NCBI RefSeq assembly: GCF_006345805.1
Contig: NC_043002.1
Span: 86,118,001-86,182,000, forward strand
Direction of reading: 5' to 3'
Length of the DNA stretch: 64,000 nt
DNA from: Octopus sinensis
Taxonomy: Eukaryota
The notes under the pieces are model-generated. The model was not told where the DNA came from, searched no databases, and saw nothing but the letters and a program-made list of their open reading frames with translations. Below, piece by piece: positions 50,222-64,000 of the stretch. A program made the position numbers and the translations under genes. Position 1 is the first letter of the stretch; each line of letters opens with the position of its first letter.

Positions 50222-51732
50222 GTTATTGAGAGAGCAGTGCATGCTATCAAAGTGATCCAGGGGTAAAATTTATGAAACCCAACATATCTATTATGACTAC
50301 CCGTCTGATTAAGCCCATGCATCACAACCATATGTGCACGACATGGTGAACTCATATCAAGATAAACAGCACTTGACCTTGCAGGTGGGGCCCAATTATA
50401 ATAATTATTATTATTATTTAAAAATGCTATAAGACAGCTGGTCCAATTTTCTTACAATTCTACTAATCCATTGCTTTGGATTAGTACATATTTATCTGCC
50501 CTAAAAGAGTGAAAAGCAAAATTAACCTCAGTAGGATATTAACTCAGAATGCAGAAAGTCAGATAATTTTGCTGATATTGTAACAACTCTGCCATTTCAC
50601 CATTTTAATGTCTCTATGGTCTGAGATGTATCACATACCATCAGGACTAACTTTATCTTTCTTCTCTGGAACAATAAAATAAATATCTAATATATTGGAT
50701 TCAAATAAATCACCTATAGATTTTCCTTTCAACAACTGGCTTCATGCTTAAGTAAGAATTAAATATTAAAATTTATATTTTATGAATAAAATGTAAATGT
50801 AAATACAATAGTCAATCTATGAGTGACTATATTTATAAAATATAATGGAGAATTAATAATGGTGATTAAATTCTAATTTATAAAGGATTAAATTATTAAT
50901 TTTGAAATAATTTTGGATTGCAATCACAATACATGTTAGGGTGTTTATATTTAAGTGGGTTTTCTTTTGTTGTTATCTTTTAATGTAATTTACATTTAAA
51001 ATAATTTACTTCTTTAGAGAAATACTAGAAAAGAACTGCAATCGACTAATGAAGTAGAGAAGTAAATTTGATATGCAATGTTTCAATGTCTGACAAGGTT
51101 ATCTTTTTGAAATACTGGAACAATAATCTCACATGTTCTTTTGACTGTAGTCTGTTGGATATTTACCAAATGACAATGAGAATTGTATATTTTTTTGTAT
51201 GAAAGCAAAAGAAACATAATCCTCATCCACTATTCATAATCAACGATTACAAGGATATAGGAACAAATAAGATTACATAAAGCAGTTTCTATATTTTTTC
51301 AGAATTTCTTGAATGATTATTTTTCATCGGTTGAATAGGCAAGCAAACCAAGGCAACTGGACAAATATGAAACGATATTTATAGCAGGTCTAGGAGCAAA
51401 ATATAATTAATCCATTGAATAAGAAATGTCAAAAGATGGGGGTTGGAAATTAGTAATAATAAGACAAATGAGATTTATATAAGCATAAAGGTGTAACTAA
51501 AGTAACTATTGAGTGAGACTATGAACTAATAAATATGAATAACTTCATACTGAATGAGCTTCAATAGACCAACAAACCTTCATTTTAACTGCAGAAGCAA
51601 CTTGCTTATACAGTGCAATGGGCAAGAGTATTCTATCACCCCAATGCCTTGCAAATGAATTTGGCAAATGAAAATTGTACTAAGTCCATAGTATGTCTAT
51701 TCATTTGTATGTATGTATATTTTTACTTTAAT

Positions 51733-52112
51733 TCTTTTACTTGTTTCAGTCATTTGACAGCGGCCATGCTGGAGCACCGCCTTAGAGGGTGTTAGTCAAA
51801 GAAATCAACCCCAGGACTTATTCTTTGTAAGCCTAGTACTTATCTAATTATTCTTTTTTTGCCAAACTGCTAAGTTACGAGATATAAACACACCAGCATT
51901 GATTGTTGAGTGATGGTGGGGTACAAACACAGACACAAACACACGCAAATATATACATATATATACAATGGGCTTCTTCCAGTTTCTGTCTACCAAATCC
52001 ATTCACAAGACTTTGGTTGGCCCAAGGCTATAGTGGAAGACATGTGCCCAAGATTCTATGAAGTGAGACTGAACCCAGAACGATGTGGTTGGGAAGTAAG
52101 CTTCTTACCACA
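51733..52112 (-). mobile_element. Major tRNA-derived SINE copy
   Basis: Reverse complement of 5464-5893. Confidence 0.85.
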
Positions 52113-52164
52113 TAATGTGTGTGTGTGTGTGTGTGTGCATGCGCACATGTGTGTGTGTATATAT

Positions 52165-52805
52165 AACTAATAGGAAATGGAAGCATGGCGTTCAATTAAA
52201 TAATAATATAAATAATATATACATATGAATATACATTTATTACATATGTGGGAAATTCTGTCTGTGGGTGTGTTTGTGGAGCTGTTAGCTAACTCCTCCC
52301 ACACCGTTTTATAGATTTTGATGAAACTTGACACGTAAATAGAATTCTCGTGTGGAAACCTCATGGCATACTAAGATAGTTGAAAGAAAATCGATAATAG
52401 GGCCCCTAGAAGGGATTCTTATATATATCTAATATATTTTAATTTATAAACCAAGGGAAAATAACCCATTCGCCCCTGGAAGCGATCCTTATATATAGCC
52501 AAGAAAGATAACCCATTCATTTTCCTAAATTATTTGGTAAAATACATCACTTAGAAGCAGCGCTATGGATGTACCAGCATACACGAGATTGCAACATGGC
52601 CAACCTCACACACTTCTCATGAAGGAGCTTCATGAGACCACTGCTGAGATGCTTCCAAAAATAAAAAAAAGAAAAAAGAAAAGCCGTTGGAAAATCAATT
52701 ATAGCAGGAATGCCATCTAAGAATATCTGAAGAAGGAATTTTATTCTGAAATATCATATCAGACTATGGATGACTAAATTACAACAGGTATATAGCCCAT
52801 TGTTT
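52165..52805 (+). mobile_element. Possible non-autonomous Helitron/Helentron-like element
   Basis: TCTGTCTGTGGGTGTGTTTGT...GATTTTGATGAAACTTGACAC pattern recalled from HINE/DINE-like elements; internal repeat ATAACCCATTC x2. Confidence 0.4.
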
Positions 52806-52849
52806 GTATTATAGTGCATTGTTGTACCATTCAAAACTTTTTATTCTTT

Positions 52850-52899
<50 letters not shown>

Positions 52900-53500
52900 A
52901 CAGGGTACGGTGAATAAATTGCTGTCTAAAGTATGCAAGACGAAAAATAACACTGACATCTCATTTTAACAACTTGTGTACACAGTGAGAGCTAGCAGTA
53001 ACCTTCATGAGACAGTGCTCTGAGTGACATTGCTGTGTTTATCCTGCAAGTTGTGAAATTTGTATTTTTGTGAATGCTGTAGTCTGCAATTTTGCCATGG
53101 ACATGAACAAAGAGCTAATGTGAAATTTTGCGTTAAACTTGGGAAGTTTAAGAGACATTGAGCTTGCTTCAACAAGCTTATGGCAATGAGGCAATGGATC
53201 ATAAGCAATGTTTCAAGTGACATGGGCACTTCAAAAGCAGAAGAACATCCCTGGAAAATGATGAGCGACCCGGAATACCTGCCACGAGCATCAACACCAG
53301 AAATGTTGTATTGTGCCTTGGTCCAGAGCAAATTGCAAAAGGTCCTCGACTTGTTTATTGAAAATGACTTCCAGGCCAGATTCCAAAAGCGACAAGAACA
53401 GAGACTGGTGTATGGTGTGCAAAGTGACTATTTCAAAGGAAATGGTGTTTAATTTTTTAATTAAACATAACTAGTCTGGCAACTTTTGGTACCACTTCAT
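52900..53500 (+). mobile_element. Deleted mariner remnant(s)
   Basis: EQRANVKFCVKLGK N-terminus; C-terminal SDYFKG-like end; TIR-like CTGGCAACTTTTGGTACCACTTC. Confidence 0.65.
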
Positions 53501-53539
53501 GTATATATATCTACACACACACACACACATATACATATA

Positions 53540-53571
<32 letters not shown>

Positions 53572-53584
53572 CATATATATATAC

Positions 53585-53617
<33 letters not shown>

Positions 53618-53666
53618 GATATATATATAGATATATATATAGATATATATATATAGATATATATAC

Positions 53667-53715
<49 letters not shown>

Positions 53716-53929
53716 AAAAGAGGAGAGAGAGAGGAGAGAGAGAGAAATTTGATGAGAGGGAAGAGAACATAGGGAGTAACTAGGAATTCCTGTGGGACAG
53801 CTTGCTGAGTGCCACAGACCAAAGAAATGGGCTTGGAAGGACTGGAAGAGTGAGGGTAGCAGGGAACTATCAGATAGCCAGGAGGAAAGCTAGGAAGCAG
53901 GTATATCTAGCCAAGTGAGAAACAGAAAA

Positions 53930-54675
53930 ATTTTTGCCAATGTTCAGTGATGTGAGGACCAAAGAACTGAAGTGTTTCAGATTGCAAGACAGTATGGGAG
54001 AGAACATCTTGATGTCATAGGAGAGAAATGTGTCTGCATGGATGATGGTGCACTTGCATTAAATAATTCAGCAAAGAAAGAAGCTTGAAAATGCCGTTAT
54101 GAAAGACTACTGAACGTGGAGAATGAATGGGAGAAAGAGAGTCTGTTGAATGTGGACCCATTTGAGGGGCCAACTACCTGAATTGACAGTACCTTGGTAA
54201 ATAAAGCAATTAAGGATATGAAGACGGAAAAAGCCCCCGGTCCATCAGGAATCACCACTGAGATGTTTAAAATATCTGGCAGTGCAGGTTATGGTCTAGT
54301 CACCCATATTATAAATCAGGTGGTCCACAAAGGAGTCGTACCTAATGACTGGTGTAGCAGCACCATAGTCAACTGCTACAAAGGTAAAGGTGATGCCTTA
54401 GATACAAGTAATTAAAGAGGTAGCAAATTGTTGGATCAGGTAATGAGAGTTACAGAGAGAGTCATAGCCCAACTAATTAAGGAGAGAGTTAGCTTAGATA
54501 AGATGCCGTTTGGTTTTGTACCAAGGAGAGGTATCACTGATGCTATATTTCTGGTAAGAGAGCTGCAGGAAAAATAACTAGCCAAAGATAAAGCTCTGTG
54601 CTTGGCCTTTGCTGACTTGGAGAAAGCCTTTGACAGGGTCCCCGATCCCTTATCTGGTGGTCAATGAGGAAACTA
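53930..54675 (+). mobile_element. RTE LINE reverse transcriptase fragment
   Basis: KAPGPSGITTEM...YKGKGDALD...FGFVPRRGITDAIFLVRELQEK*...LAFADLEKAFDRVP. Confidence 0.9.
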
Positions 54676-55180
54676 ACAGAGGTTGTTAAAATGAGAAATC
54701 CCAAGTTTCATTAAATGGTGAGTATTCATAATAGTTCAGAAATTTGAGAGAAGTATACAATGGATAGAATATAGACAATTTGTCTAGGCAAAACTTAAAG
54801 GTTTTTGAAAGAAGCTATAAAACGAGATCCATAAGAGATATTAGCAGACTAACAAATCAAGATACATAAGCACATGCTCATACATGTATAAATACACACA
54901 CATATACATATCACACAAGTACATATATGTTTTGGTACAGATATATACATCTATACACAACACATGTGTATATTGAAAGATAAGCATGTGTGTACATAGG
55001 CATGCATGCACACACACATGCATAGACACACACACATGCACATGCACACACACATACACACACATGCACAAACACAGACACACACATGTATATAGACAGA
55101 GTGACCCAAAAGACACTAGACCATTTCAAAATATAATAACCCTTTGGTTTATTAAATATTCACATTTATTCTTCTATAAA

Positions 55181-56570
55181 TAACTAGCAGTAAACCCCAT
55201 CGTTGACTGGGTAATTATTTTTTACTGTTTATCAGGAGCCACATTGAGTGTATTATTATTATATGTATAATTTACTCCTCCTGTATGTGTATTTTTAGAA
55301 GAGAAAATTATGTAATAATTGACGTAGAAGAAAGATCGGATCTTTTCGGTTTAAACGGTAGTTTTTAACATAATTTCTAGGTAACTAAAAAATTTTAAAC
55401 TTCATATGCTGGTAGAATGTGTTTATAAAACATCTTTATCTCTTGGCTTTATTGAGAAAATTCTATAGTTTGTAAAATATTTGTTTTTTTTCTTCAATTT
55501 CTGCAATTTCAACCAATCAAGGATGTCTATTGAGGTGAAAACATTCTCTGCCATATGAAAATGTCCCTTGTTTAAGAAACAGATTGGGTTTATTTACATT
55601 TGTGAAGAAAAAAAGAGATGCTTCCCCCCACCCCTAACCAACCCTAACCCTAAAACAGATTGAAATGCAATAGATCGATACTAGGGTCATAATTACGGGT
55701 GACAATTTCATATGACACCGCTAGAAAAAACTGCCGTTCAAACCGAAAAGACCCGAAAGATGAATATCATCCTTTGTTGGCTATCTGCAAGTCTGTCTGC
55801 AACACCTTGTGTTGTTTCTTGCACACGATGTGATGCTTTTCGAAGACAATCAGCTGCAAGTCATGCATGTCTTTCATCTTCGTTTTCTGCTGCACATCAT
55901 GTATCTCTTTGATTTTCATCTCTGCTGCACATTGAGCTGCCATTCTTTGTTTGCTATCTGCAAGTCATGCATTTCGTTGATGTTCAGTATCAGATGCACA
56001 TTGAGCTTTCTTTCTCTGTCACTGATCTGCAAGCTGTGCGTGTGTCTCATTGTCATTTTCTGATGCACATCATGCATTTGTTTGGTGTTCATTTTGTGAC
56101 AGTTTTTTCTTATGAGACATTTCTTTTTTTATAATAAATAACAGTAAGTAATAGTGAAATGGAATTTGGAAGCTATGTTACAGTAATGCAAGGAAAATAG
56201 GTATATCATAGAGAAGAGCAGCTTAAAGGAATGAGAAATGTTTTTGATAAGGAATATCAGTAAGTTGTAGTGAAATGAAAGTACAAATGATGTGTGAATA
56301 TCAGTAAGTAATAGTGAAAAGAATTTACAAATGCTGAATGGTATCAGTGTTTTTGCTGAAATTCCTGTGTTATATTACAGGAACACAGGGCAAGGCGTTG
56401 TGTGGTTGTCTTTTTGTTGGTGTGTCGGTGATATTCGTTTCACTGTGAATTTGTGTGTGTGCATATGGCTTCACTGTCAGATTGTCTCTGCTTATGTGAA
56501 AGAAATTTGTACATTTATATCTGAACAGAGAAGTTAGAAAAATAGGAATATCTGAAACATGAACGAATAT
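55181..56570 (-). mobile_element. Helitron-like remnant with STPR-like repeats (about 55770-56075)
   Basis: Terminus AACTAGCAGTAAACCC-CATCGTTGACT-GGG; minus translation ENDNETHAQLADQ*QRKKAQCASDTEHQRNA*LADSKQRMAAQ...ENEDERHA*LAADCLRK...QETTQGVADRLADSQQR. Confidence 0.6.
55338..55754. mobile_element. Second Merlin-like MITE, inverted relative to 44243-44671, nested in the Helitron-like remnant
   Basis: GGATCTTTTCGGTTT...AAACCGAAAAGACCC; TSD GAAAGATC/GAAAGATG (7 of 8). Confidence 0.88.
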
Positions 56571-57114
56571 ACATATGTGTGTGTGTGTGTGTTCTTTTAG
56601 AGAGAGAAAAAGAGAGAGACAGACAGATAAAAAATAGTGGTACCATTTCTTTAGAGTTCTGCACTGCTGGTGTAGGTGGACAAAACACTCACTCTTATAA
56701 TTTTCTTTTATCTTTTCTTTCATTTCACCTTTTACTTGTTTCAGTCATTAGATTGTGGTCATGCTGGGGCACCACCTTGAAGAATTTTTAGTTGGACGTA
56801 TTGACCCCAGAATGTTTTTTTTTAATTTTTACTAGTGGTAGTGATGAGAGAGAGAGACAGAGATTGACCATATTTAATTGTGCAGAACAGACCATCCTTG
56901 AATGAATAAATATATATGGTGTGGTGGTTGTTATTATCTTGAATGCCGACCATTCTCACCACAGGACAATTTCTGGCCAAATAGAAAGAGAGAGAAAGAG
57001 AGAGAGAGATTGAAAGGTGTTGATTCTTTGAAAATTTTGGCACTTTAGCTCAGGTCACACCATTATCATCACCATAGTTAAAATGTGTAAGTGGACAAAA
57101 CACCCAGGCTTATA

Positions 57115-57735
57115 AATGAGATGGTCTCTCAATTATATTTTGTGGGACAAATAGAAAGAAACTCTCTTTTATATATATAGATAAATACACTTCTTGGAAA
57201 ATCCTTTTAGTTTTGAAAATCATGTCCCTTCAAATGGCCATCATTTCATTCTTAACAAAGTCGAGCTCTTTCTAAAGAGTGTTCCGTCACCATTTGTAAT
57301 ATTTATTGGCTTATACCTTCAATTTCTTCACCTCAAATTGATGAATGGTCTAAGGTTTGTTATGGTATACTCTGCATTCAGATACTCTCACAAGAAAAAG
57401 TCTGGAGTCATTAAATCAGGTGAGCATATAGGTCAACTGAATTTATAGTTTCTTGAAATTATCCTCCTTCCAAAAATTTGCCTTAACAGATCCATCATTG
57501 AATGTGCTGGATGGACAATAGCTTCCTCTTGCTACCACCATACCTCTGGGGTGTTGCATCTGCAGAATGCATGAAATGTTCCAGCATGTCCTGATACCTT
57601 ACTTCTGGGGTGATTAGTGTATTTGCTGCCTCATTCTCAAAGACATAAGGATCAAGAACTCTTTCTACACCCTGCACTAAAGCATTACTTTTACAGGGTG
57701 CAGCTCACGTTGGTGGACTGTTCTTGGGTTTCCAG
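57115..57735 (-). mobile_element. Decayed Tc1/mariner-superfamily transposase 3' part
   Basis: Minus strand SPDLMTPDFFL and QQEEA (FQQDGA-like) remnants, ending in GHDFQN. Confidence 0.6.
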
Positions 57736-58344
57736 ATAATATTTATAATTATTATAAATATTTGATTCTCTTTCTGAAGAATTTTTAATAAGAATTATCT
57801 ATACATGTTTTTTCTACATGTACAGTTTTATAATTGTTATTAGCAAATGAAACATATGTAATAGTAAAAAAATAAAACCAAACATTTTTTCCACTCTCTT
57901 GTTTTGATATGTACATATATTTATAAGTATGAGTATGTATATATGTGTGTATGTTTACATGCATGCATGCATATGTACATTCGTTCGTTCATTCGTACAT
58001 ATGTACGTACGTACATACGTACATACATACATACATACATACATACATACATACATACATACATACATACATACATACATACATGCATACATACATGCTC
58101 AGATATATACATACAAAGATATAAATTTGGACTTATTCAGTATATTACTACATCAATATACATGCATCTTGACATATGCAAGGATATTTATGTAAACATG
58201 CATTTATACAAAGGAAAAGAAACCTAGTTACCTAGGTTATCTGGTGCCATGTTGTTTAGTTAACATTAAAACTATAAATAGGCTATGCTATGGGGATCTG
58301 ATTTGCTTAAGGGATTATTTAAATTTAATCAAAAGGATCTATAG

Positions 58345-58580
58345 TCATCATCATCATCATCATCATCATTTAATGTCTGTTTTCCATGCTAGCATGGATT
58401 GGACGGTTCGACCGGGGTCTGGTAAGCCATGGAGGCTGCACCAGGCTCTAGTCTGATTTGGCAGTGTTTCTACAGCTGGATGCCCTTCCTAACGCCAACC
58501 ACTCCATGAGTATAGTGGGTGTTTTTTACGTGCCACCGACACAGGAGCCAGAGCAGACTGGCAAACGGCAACGATTGGTT
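58345..58580 (-). mobile_element. RTE-type 3' tail with (GAT)n
   Basis: Reverse complement of 31950-32146. Confidence 0.8.
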
Positions 58581-60369
58581 TAAAATTTAATTATGATGCG
58601 TGTAGATTCTCGTTATTTACGTGTGTGTGTATATCATCCTCATTTAATGTTCATGTTCCATGCTGCCATGGGATGGATAGTTTGACAAGATCCTAAGGGT
58701 CATAAGACTGTTTCATGATCCAGTGTCTGCTTATGTATGATTTCTAAGGCTGAATCCCCTTCCTAGCACCAACAACTTTACAGCATGTGTTGGGTGTGGT
58801 TTTTCATGGGATCAGCACTATTGAAGATGTCATGCAGCCTGTAGACTAAGATCCTTTTCAACTGAGTGGGGCTATATAAGAGAGGGGGGGGGTTATGCTC
58901 AGAGATGAGAGGTTAAAGTATAAAACAAGGGGCCAGAACAGAACAGGTTTCTTGCTCTAGAGGAGGTACATGGCTACTTATATTACAGAAAAGAGGGAAG
59001 AAATAACAAAGGTGGAGCTGAAAAGAAATAACAACCATGGCAATGTGGAGTTGAGGTAGACCCTCAAAATACAAAGAGAGTAGAATGAAGGCAGAAGAAA
59101 AATGTAAATGGGTAGAGGTCACAAGGTTGTATGGGAGAGTGAGAGATGCTTAAAGACGGGGGGGGGAGTGAGAGGGTGAAAATTATTAGAAACAAATGCT
59201 GAGGGATGATAAGTATAGGGGAATGGGAAGAGTATGGGTATCAACTGTAGAAATTATGTGGGACTGAGCTGTGGTTGTAGTGAATTGTGAATAAGGTGGA
59301 GGTGACACTGCTATATATGAGTTTGGGAAGGTAGAGGAAAGGAGATAACTGACAGCACAGAAATAGGGAGGGGGTGAAGAGGAGCAGAATAGTAATAATG
59401 AGAAAGAAAACAGGGGAAAGGTGAGAGATGATGAAAGAGAGAAAGACAAAGAGAGATGTGTAGTTGGGTAAGTTGTAAAACTGAGGAGAGAGAGGCAAGC
59501 ATAGTGAATGAGGAAAGGGAGAAACATATGGTGCTGGAAGAAATAATTTGGTAGCTCTGGAGAGTGATCAATAAGAAATGTTGGTGGAGAGGACAATAAG
59601 AAGAATGAAAGATGGATCATCTCAGCTTATCTCATTTTCTTCACTCACCTTAATCACACTTACAATCAGGACCTGTCAAAAGCAACCATCTCTAACTGAT
59701 TTGACTGAATTTTCAGGCAAGATCAATTGATCTCAAGGATGCTATCCAACTACCTTGCATATGGTCTACCCCTGGGTCTTCTGCCAGTTGGAAGGCAGGA
59801 GTCTGAATTAAGGACAACAACTTGCTCAGAAGAAGAAGAGAAGTAGGTGTAAAAGCCAAATTCACTATCTTCAATTAGGTGTTTGTACCTACCCTTATCT
59901 ATAGTCATGAATCTTGGGTGAATATGATTGCAAGAACAAGTGGTTGAGATGGGGTTCTGCTGGAGGGTCTTTAGAGTAATATTACTCAACAGAGTGCATA
60001 GCTCAGAGATCAGAGAGGCATGACAGGTAGAGCTGCTAGTTCTCCAAATTAAGAGATCATAGGTCTGATACTACAGACATGTGGTAAGAATGTCTCAGGA
60101 AAGAATCATTGGACAAGTTTTATAGGCAAAACCAACAGGTAAGAAAAAAAGAAATGAAGGATAGCTATCAAGTGAAATGCTTCTGTGTAGTGAAAAAGGT
60201 AAGAAGTATTAGTGAAAATCTGAAGTATGCAGTCCTGCACACATCTAATTACAGCAGTAGAATTCTGCAGTTAGAGAGACGACAGGTGGTGATATGTCTT
60301 GAGGAGGAAATTGGGTGTGAGTGCCTCCAGAATCACAGCTTCACAAAGATAAATGGGTCTTCTTGAAAA

Positions 60370-60830
60370 CCATATACCATCAATCATCCTGGTCCTTTGT
60401 CATGTTCTCAATGAGATTCAAGGTTGTGAAATCAGCCTTCACCACTTCACTCCATGTCTTCCTCTTTCACAAATACATCCACATTAAAAATTTGACACTT
60501 CTTTATACATCTGTTCTGATCCATATGCATCATATGCCTATGCCAGCACTTTCTTGCACACTGTTTATTTCTCTCATGTCCAGTTGTTTTCTCAGTATAT
60601 TTGTACTTTTCATTTATGAACACTTACATTGCACAATCAATGTTTCAGGTCTTTTCAAGTCTCCTGCAATAAAAGCCTCAATTTCACAACCATGCAGCAT
60701 CAGAGTTGTAACACAAGTGTCATACAATCTGCCTTTCACTCTAAGGAAAAAGACCTATGTTGCTAAAAGCAGTAGAAGCTCTATGAATTTTTTCAACCTG
60801 TTCTCACTCTAGCTAATGTGCTTTCAGAGC
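60370..60830 (-). mobile_element. Decayed RTE LINE C-terminal fragment
   Basis: Minus strand GRLYDTCVTTLMLHGCE...; homologous to 16415-16850. Confidence 0.6.
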
Positions 60831-63599
60831 AACTATCTCCCTTTATCAATTACAGCTGCAATTTCAAAAACCTGTGAAATACAATAACTGCTTTCTTGAC
60901 AAAATAGGTGAGAGCTGACATTAGGAAGAGCATCTAGCAGTATATTTCTCACAAAATCAATTCCTGTCAAAGCCATGCAAACATGGAACAGTAGACATTA
61001 AACCAATTAACAAATACAGAGTAAGTTAATAGTTATAAACATACAAACAATTCTTTCCATAAAATTTATTAATTATTTTTGCTGGATGTATATGTTGGTT
61101 GATAGCATAGATAAGACACTATCTGATTTAATTATTTAATAGTTATTCTATATGTCAGCCAATGATTTGCCTAATGAGAAGTTTTCAGTATTTCTACAAC
61201 TCTCCACTGAAAGTTTTTTCTTCATATCCTTAAAAGCTATATTATATGTATTGTCACTAGCACCCTTGTTGGGTCAACTAAAGGGAAAGTTTCTCATTTT
61301 CATTTATTTTTCTTGTTCACTAACTTCTCGTAGTAATACTTCTATGGCCTTTCTCTTTTTTTAATGATGGAATGAACATGATCACATTATTTTAAGATAC
61401 ACATTCATTATTAACTTTCTGATTAGTGCTACAATACTGCCTTTAAATCCTACATGCCAAATACTGCCAAACAATCAATTTTTTGCTCAGCAAGAATCGG
61501 GACTCTAAGCAAAACTAATCAATGATTCTTCTCTCATGATACTCTTAATCTTAGAGTTGTATTTGTTTAGTCTCTGTATAACTGTTGGAGGGAACTATGT
61601 CAGTTTTATTGCAAATGTGCAATAAAACTTTGATACCTCATGAAATAAATTTGAAGTGAATTTCACACCTTTGTGTGCTATTACTATACAAACACTTCCA
61701 TATATTCTTACACTTTCACTAGTTTCATGAAGTGAGAAACTACCTTCGGTAGTTCTGCTTAATCATATTGCCTCATTATTTGTTTCAGTGTGGTATTTAG
61801 TTTATAAATCTGTATTTATTAAAAATTATTTTTGATATGAAGGGACACAACTTGATACACCATTTCACACATCATAAATATGATAGTTGCAATTCAGTTT
61901 CATGTAATACTTTCATTGATTGTTCTCTTGAGTATAAACAGCATGGATGTGGCTTTTCAGGCCTGCTAGAGACCTATACATTCTTTTGCACAGATGTAAC
62001 AATGATGGAGATCTCTTGCAGCTGGTGTTCAGAGAGCTTACCACCCACACTAATACTATGGGATTTTTCATTGAGTGCTTTGCAACACATAACAGAAATA
62101 TTAAAAGAGACGTTAAATATAAAGTTGTCTGTGCCTAAAGTGAAGAAAGGCCTTCCACAGGGTCAATCCCACTCTCTTATCATATGTACATACATACACT
62201 AGATGGTATCTTACCATTTCTATCAATTAAATTTCTCTTACAAGATACTGGTTAACATAAGAGCCTAGAGTAGAAAACACCCAAGGTACATTACACCTTG
62301 ACTGAAGTGCACAGTTGAAAAGCAAATTTCTTAACCAAATAGCTATAAATTCGTAAAGCACAAACCATTTATATTAACATTTTACTGATAATATTAACAA
62401 ACATATATTTCCCATTACATTCAGATATTTTTGGCAAGGCAGATCTTGTTAAAAAAATGAAACTATGCGCAACCTGCTCTTCAGTTAACCAAGAAAATGT
62501 ACGTGGTTTTGCATAGATTATTTTCATTCAAAATTAGTGATTCTTAGGAAAAGTATGTTTACTATAACTACAGCTACATCAGGTGTAAAGAACATTTGTA
62601 AATATTTATATGTCTCCTGCTACCCTTTCTCTTCTCAACAGATTCTGTGTAGAATTTTATCCAGGATACTTAGGGAAAGCTATTGATTTTTCTTGTCTTT
62701 TGTAATATGAATGGAAGAATAACCAATATTTATTGGTGTTTACATATAAATTTTATTATCTGTTTTTGAATAGTGTATGTATCTAATTTGCTTATATACT
62801 ATAGATCTTTCTTTGTAGGAAACATTAAAGTACTTTTTATCCGAACTCATGTTGCTTAGAGAAAATCTTTTAAAACTGAAATTGTTGAAATTTTATGAAA
62901 ACTATTTTTTTTTTAATTTTTCATTTTTATAAAGAACTGAAAGGAGAACATGAATGAGCTGAAGTAAACATTAGTTACAACTAAATTATAGCAGATTTAA
63001 ATAATCACTATTCTGGAATGATTAAAAGATGGAAAATGTAAGCATATTTATCAATCAGTTTGGCAAAATGTGAATATAACTTATTATAGACATATGCACC
63101 GCAAGTAATATAATCGATATTCAGATAAAGAATAAAATATGTAGTCATTATTACAAATTTCATGCTTACTATCACATATTAACCAGAGGAAAGTATTTAT
63201 TCACCGAGATCAAACAAGTTATTCTTTTGGAAAATTATCCAAGATCACAAGAAAGTGCAAATTTTCTGTTTTGAAGTAAACAAACAGAAACTTTAAAACT
63301 ATTGTTTTATGTCATTAAGTTTTGGCTTAATTTGATCAAGTAACCACAACTGAAAACTTTCATGAAGATCAGGAAAGAAAGGAAAATTAAAAAAAAGTAA
63401 TAAAACAGTGATTTTGGGGTTGCAGTAATGGAACTAGTACTTCAAGGTCCTAAGTTAGTTTGGAACCAGAGTAATGGTTTAAATTCTTACAATGGAAAAG
63501 ACTTTAGTAATGGCATTCAAGGGCTAGGTGATGGTGTTAAACTGTAGAACTATGTGTTTTTTCCCTTTTTGGTTTGATCTAGAGGGAGTGCCATGCCCA

Positions 63600-64000
63600 T
63601 AGCCTTTGCAGGCTCTTTGAGACTGGTGATATTTAGGTAGTTAGAGTTCCTTTTTAACAGTTGCAGGAAAGATAGTGTAAGGAATGAATTGCAAAGGACC
63701 AATATTGTGGAAGTGGCTGAATTTAGAGGGAGAAGGGAGAATTTTGAAAATGACCTGAGGTCTGGGCATCCTACAACTTCCACCACCAAGGAAAACATTG
63801 ACTGTGTTCACCATATGCTGATGGATGATAGGCAATGGATCAAATAGTCAATGCTATTAGCATATTCCAAAAGAGAGATGAGAATATTCTACACAATGAA
63901 CTGGGTGTGACAAAGGTTTCTAGTAGTCAAAAATGCACCAGGCTGATCAAATCACAGAAAAATTTGACATTGTTTGAGGTAGATCCAGCCAGTTTCCTTG
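63600..64000 (+). mobile_element. mariner transposase N-terminal remnant, runs off the window
   Basis: ENFENDLRSGHPTTSTTKENIDCVHHMLMDDR...ENILHNELGVTKVS. Confidence 0.75.

Overview
AT-rich, repeat-dense animal genomic DNA; the SINE and LINE families look like those of Octopus (inference from recall, no search run). The only host coding sequence I can support is two minus-strand ankyrin-repeat exons of an espin/forked-like gene (25658-25844 and 11098-11283) separated by a 14.4-kb intron; the rest of the window is probably intronic. It holds many tRNA-derived SINEs, RTE, CR1/L2-like, Dong/R4 and Penelope (GIY-YIG) remnants, Tc1/mariner copies, piggyBac-like and Merlin-like MITEs, Helitron-like remnants and a near full-length U2 snRNA copy. 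Best leads: (1) small (TA)n-embedded repeats carrying minimal hammerhead-ribozyme folds with a non-canonical CUGUNGA core (3 copies), plus a decayed long-stem-II hammerhead; (2) local fold-back duplications, one a 92-bp hairpin fully paired on the espin pre-mRNA strand; (3) two espin codons where one A-to-I edit would restore the family residue; (4) a U2-SINE junction that has been locally duplicated. Boundaries of decayed repeats are approximate.
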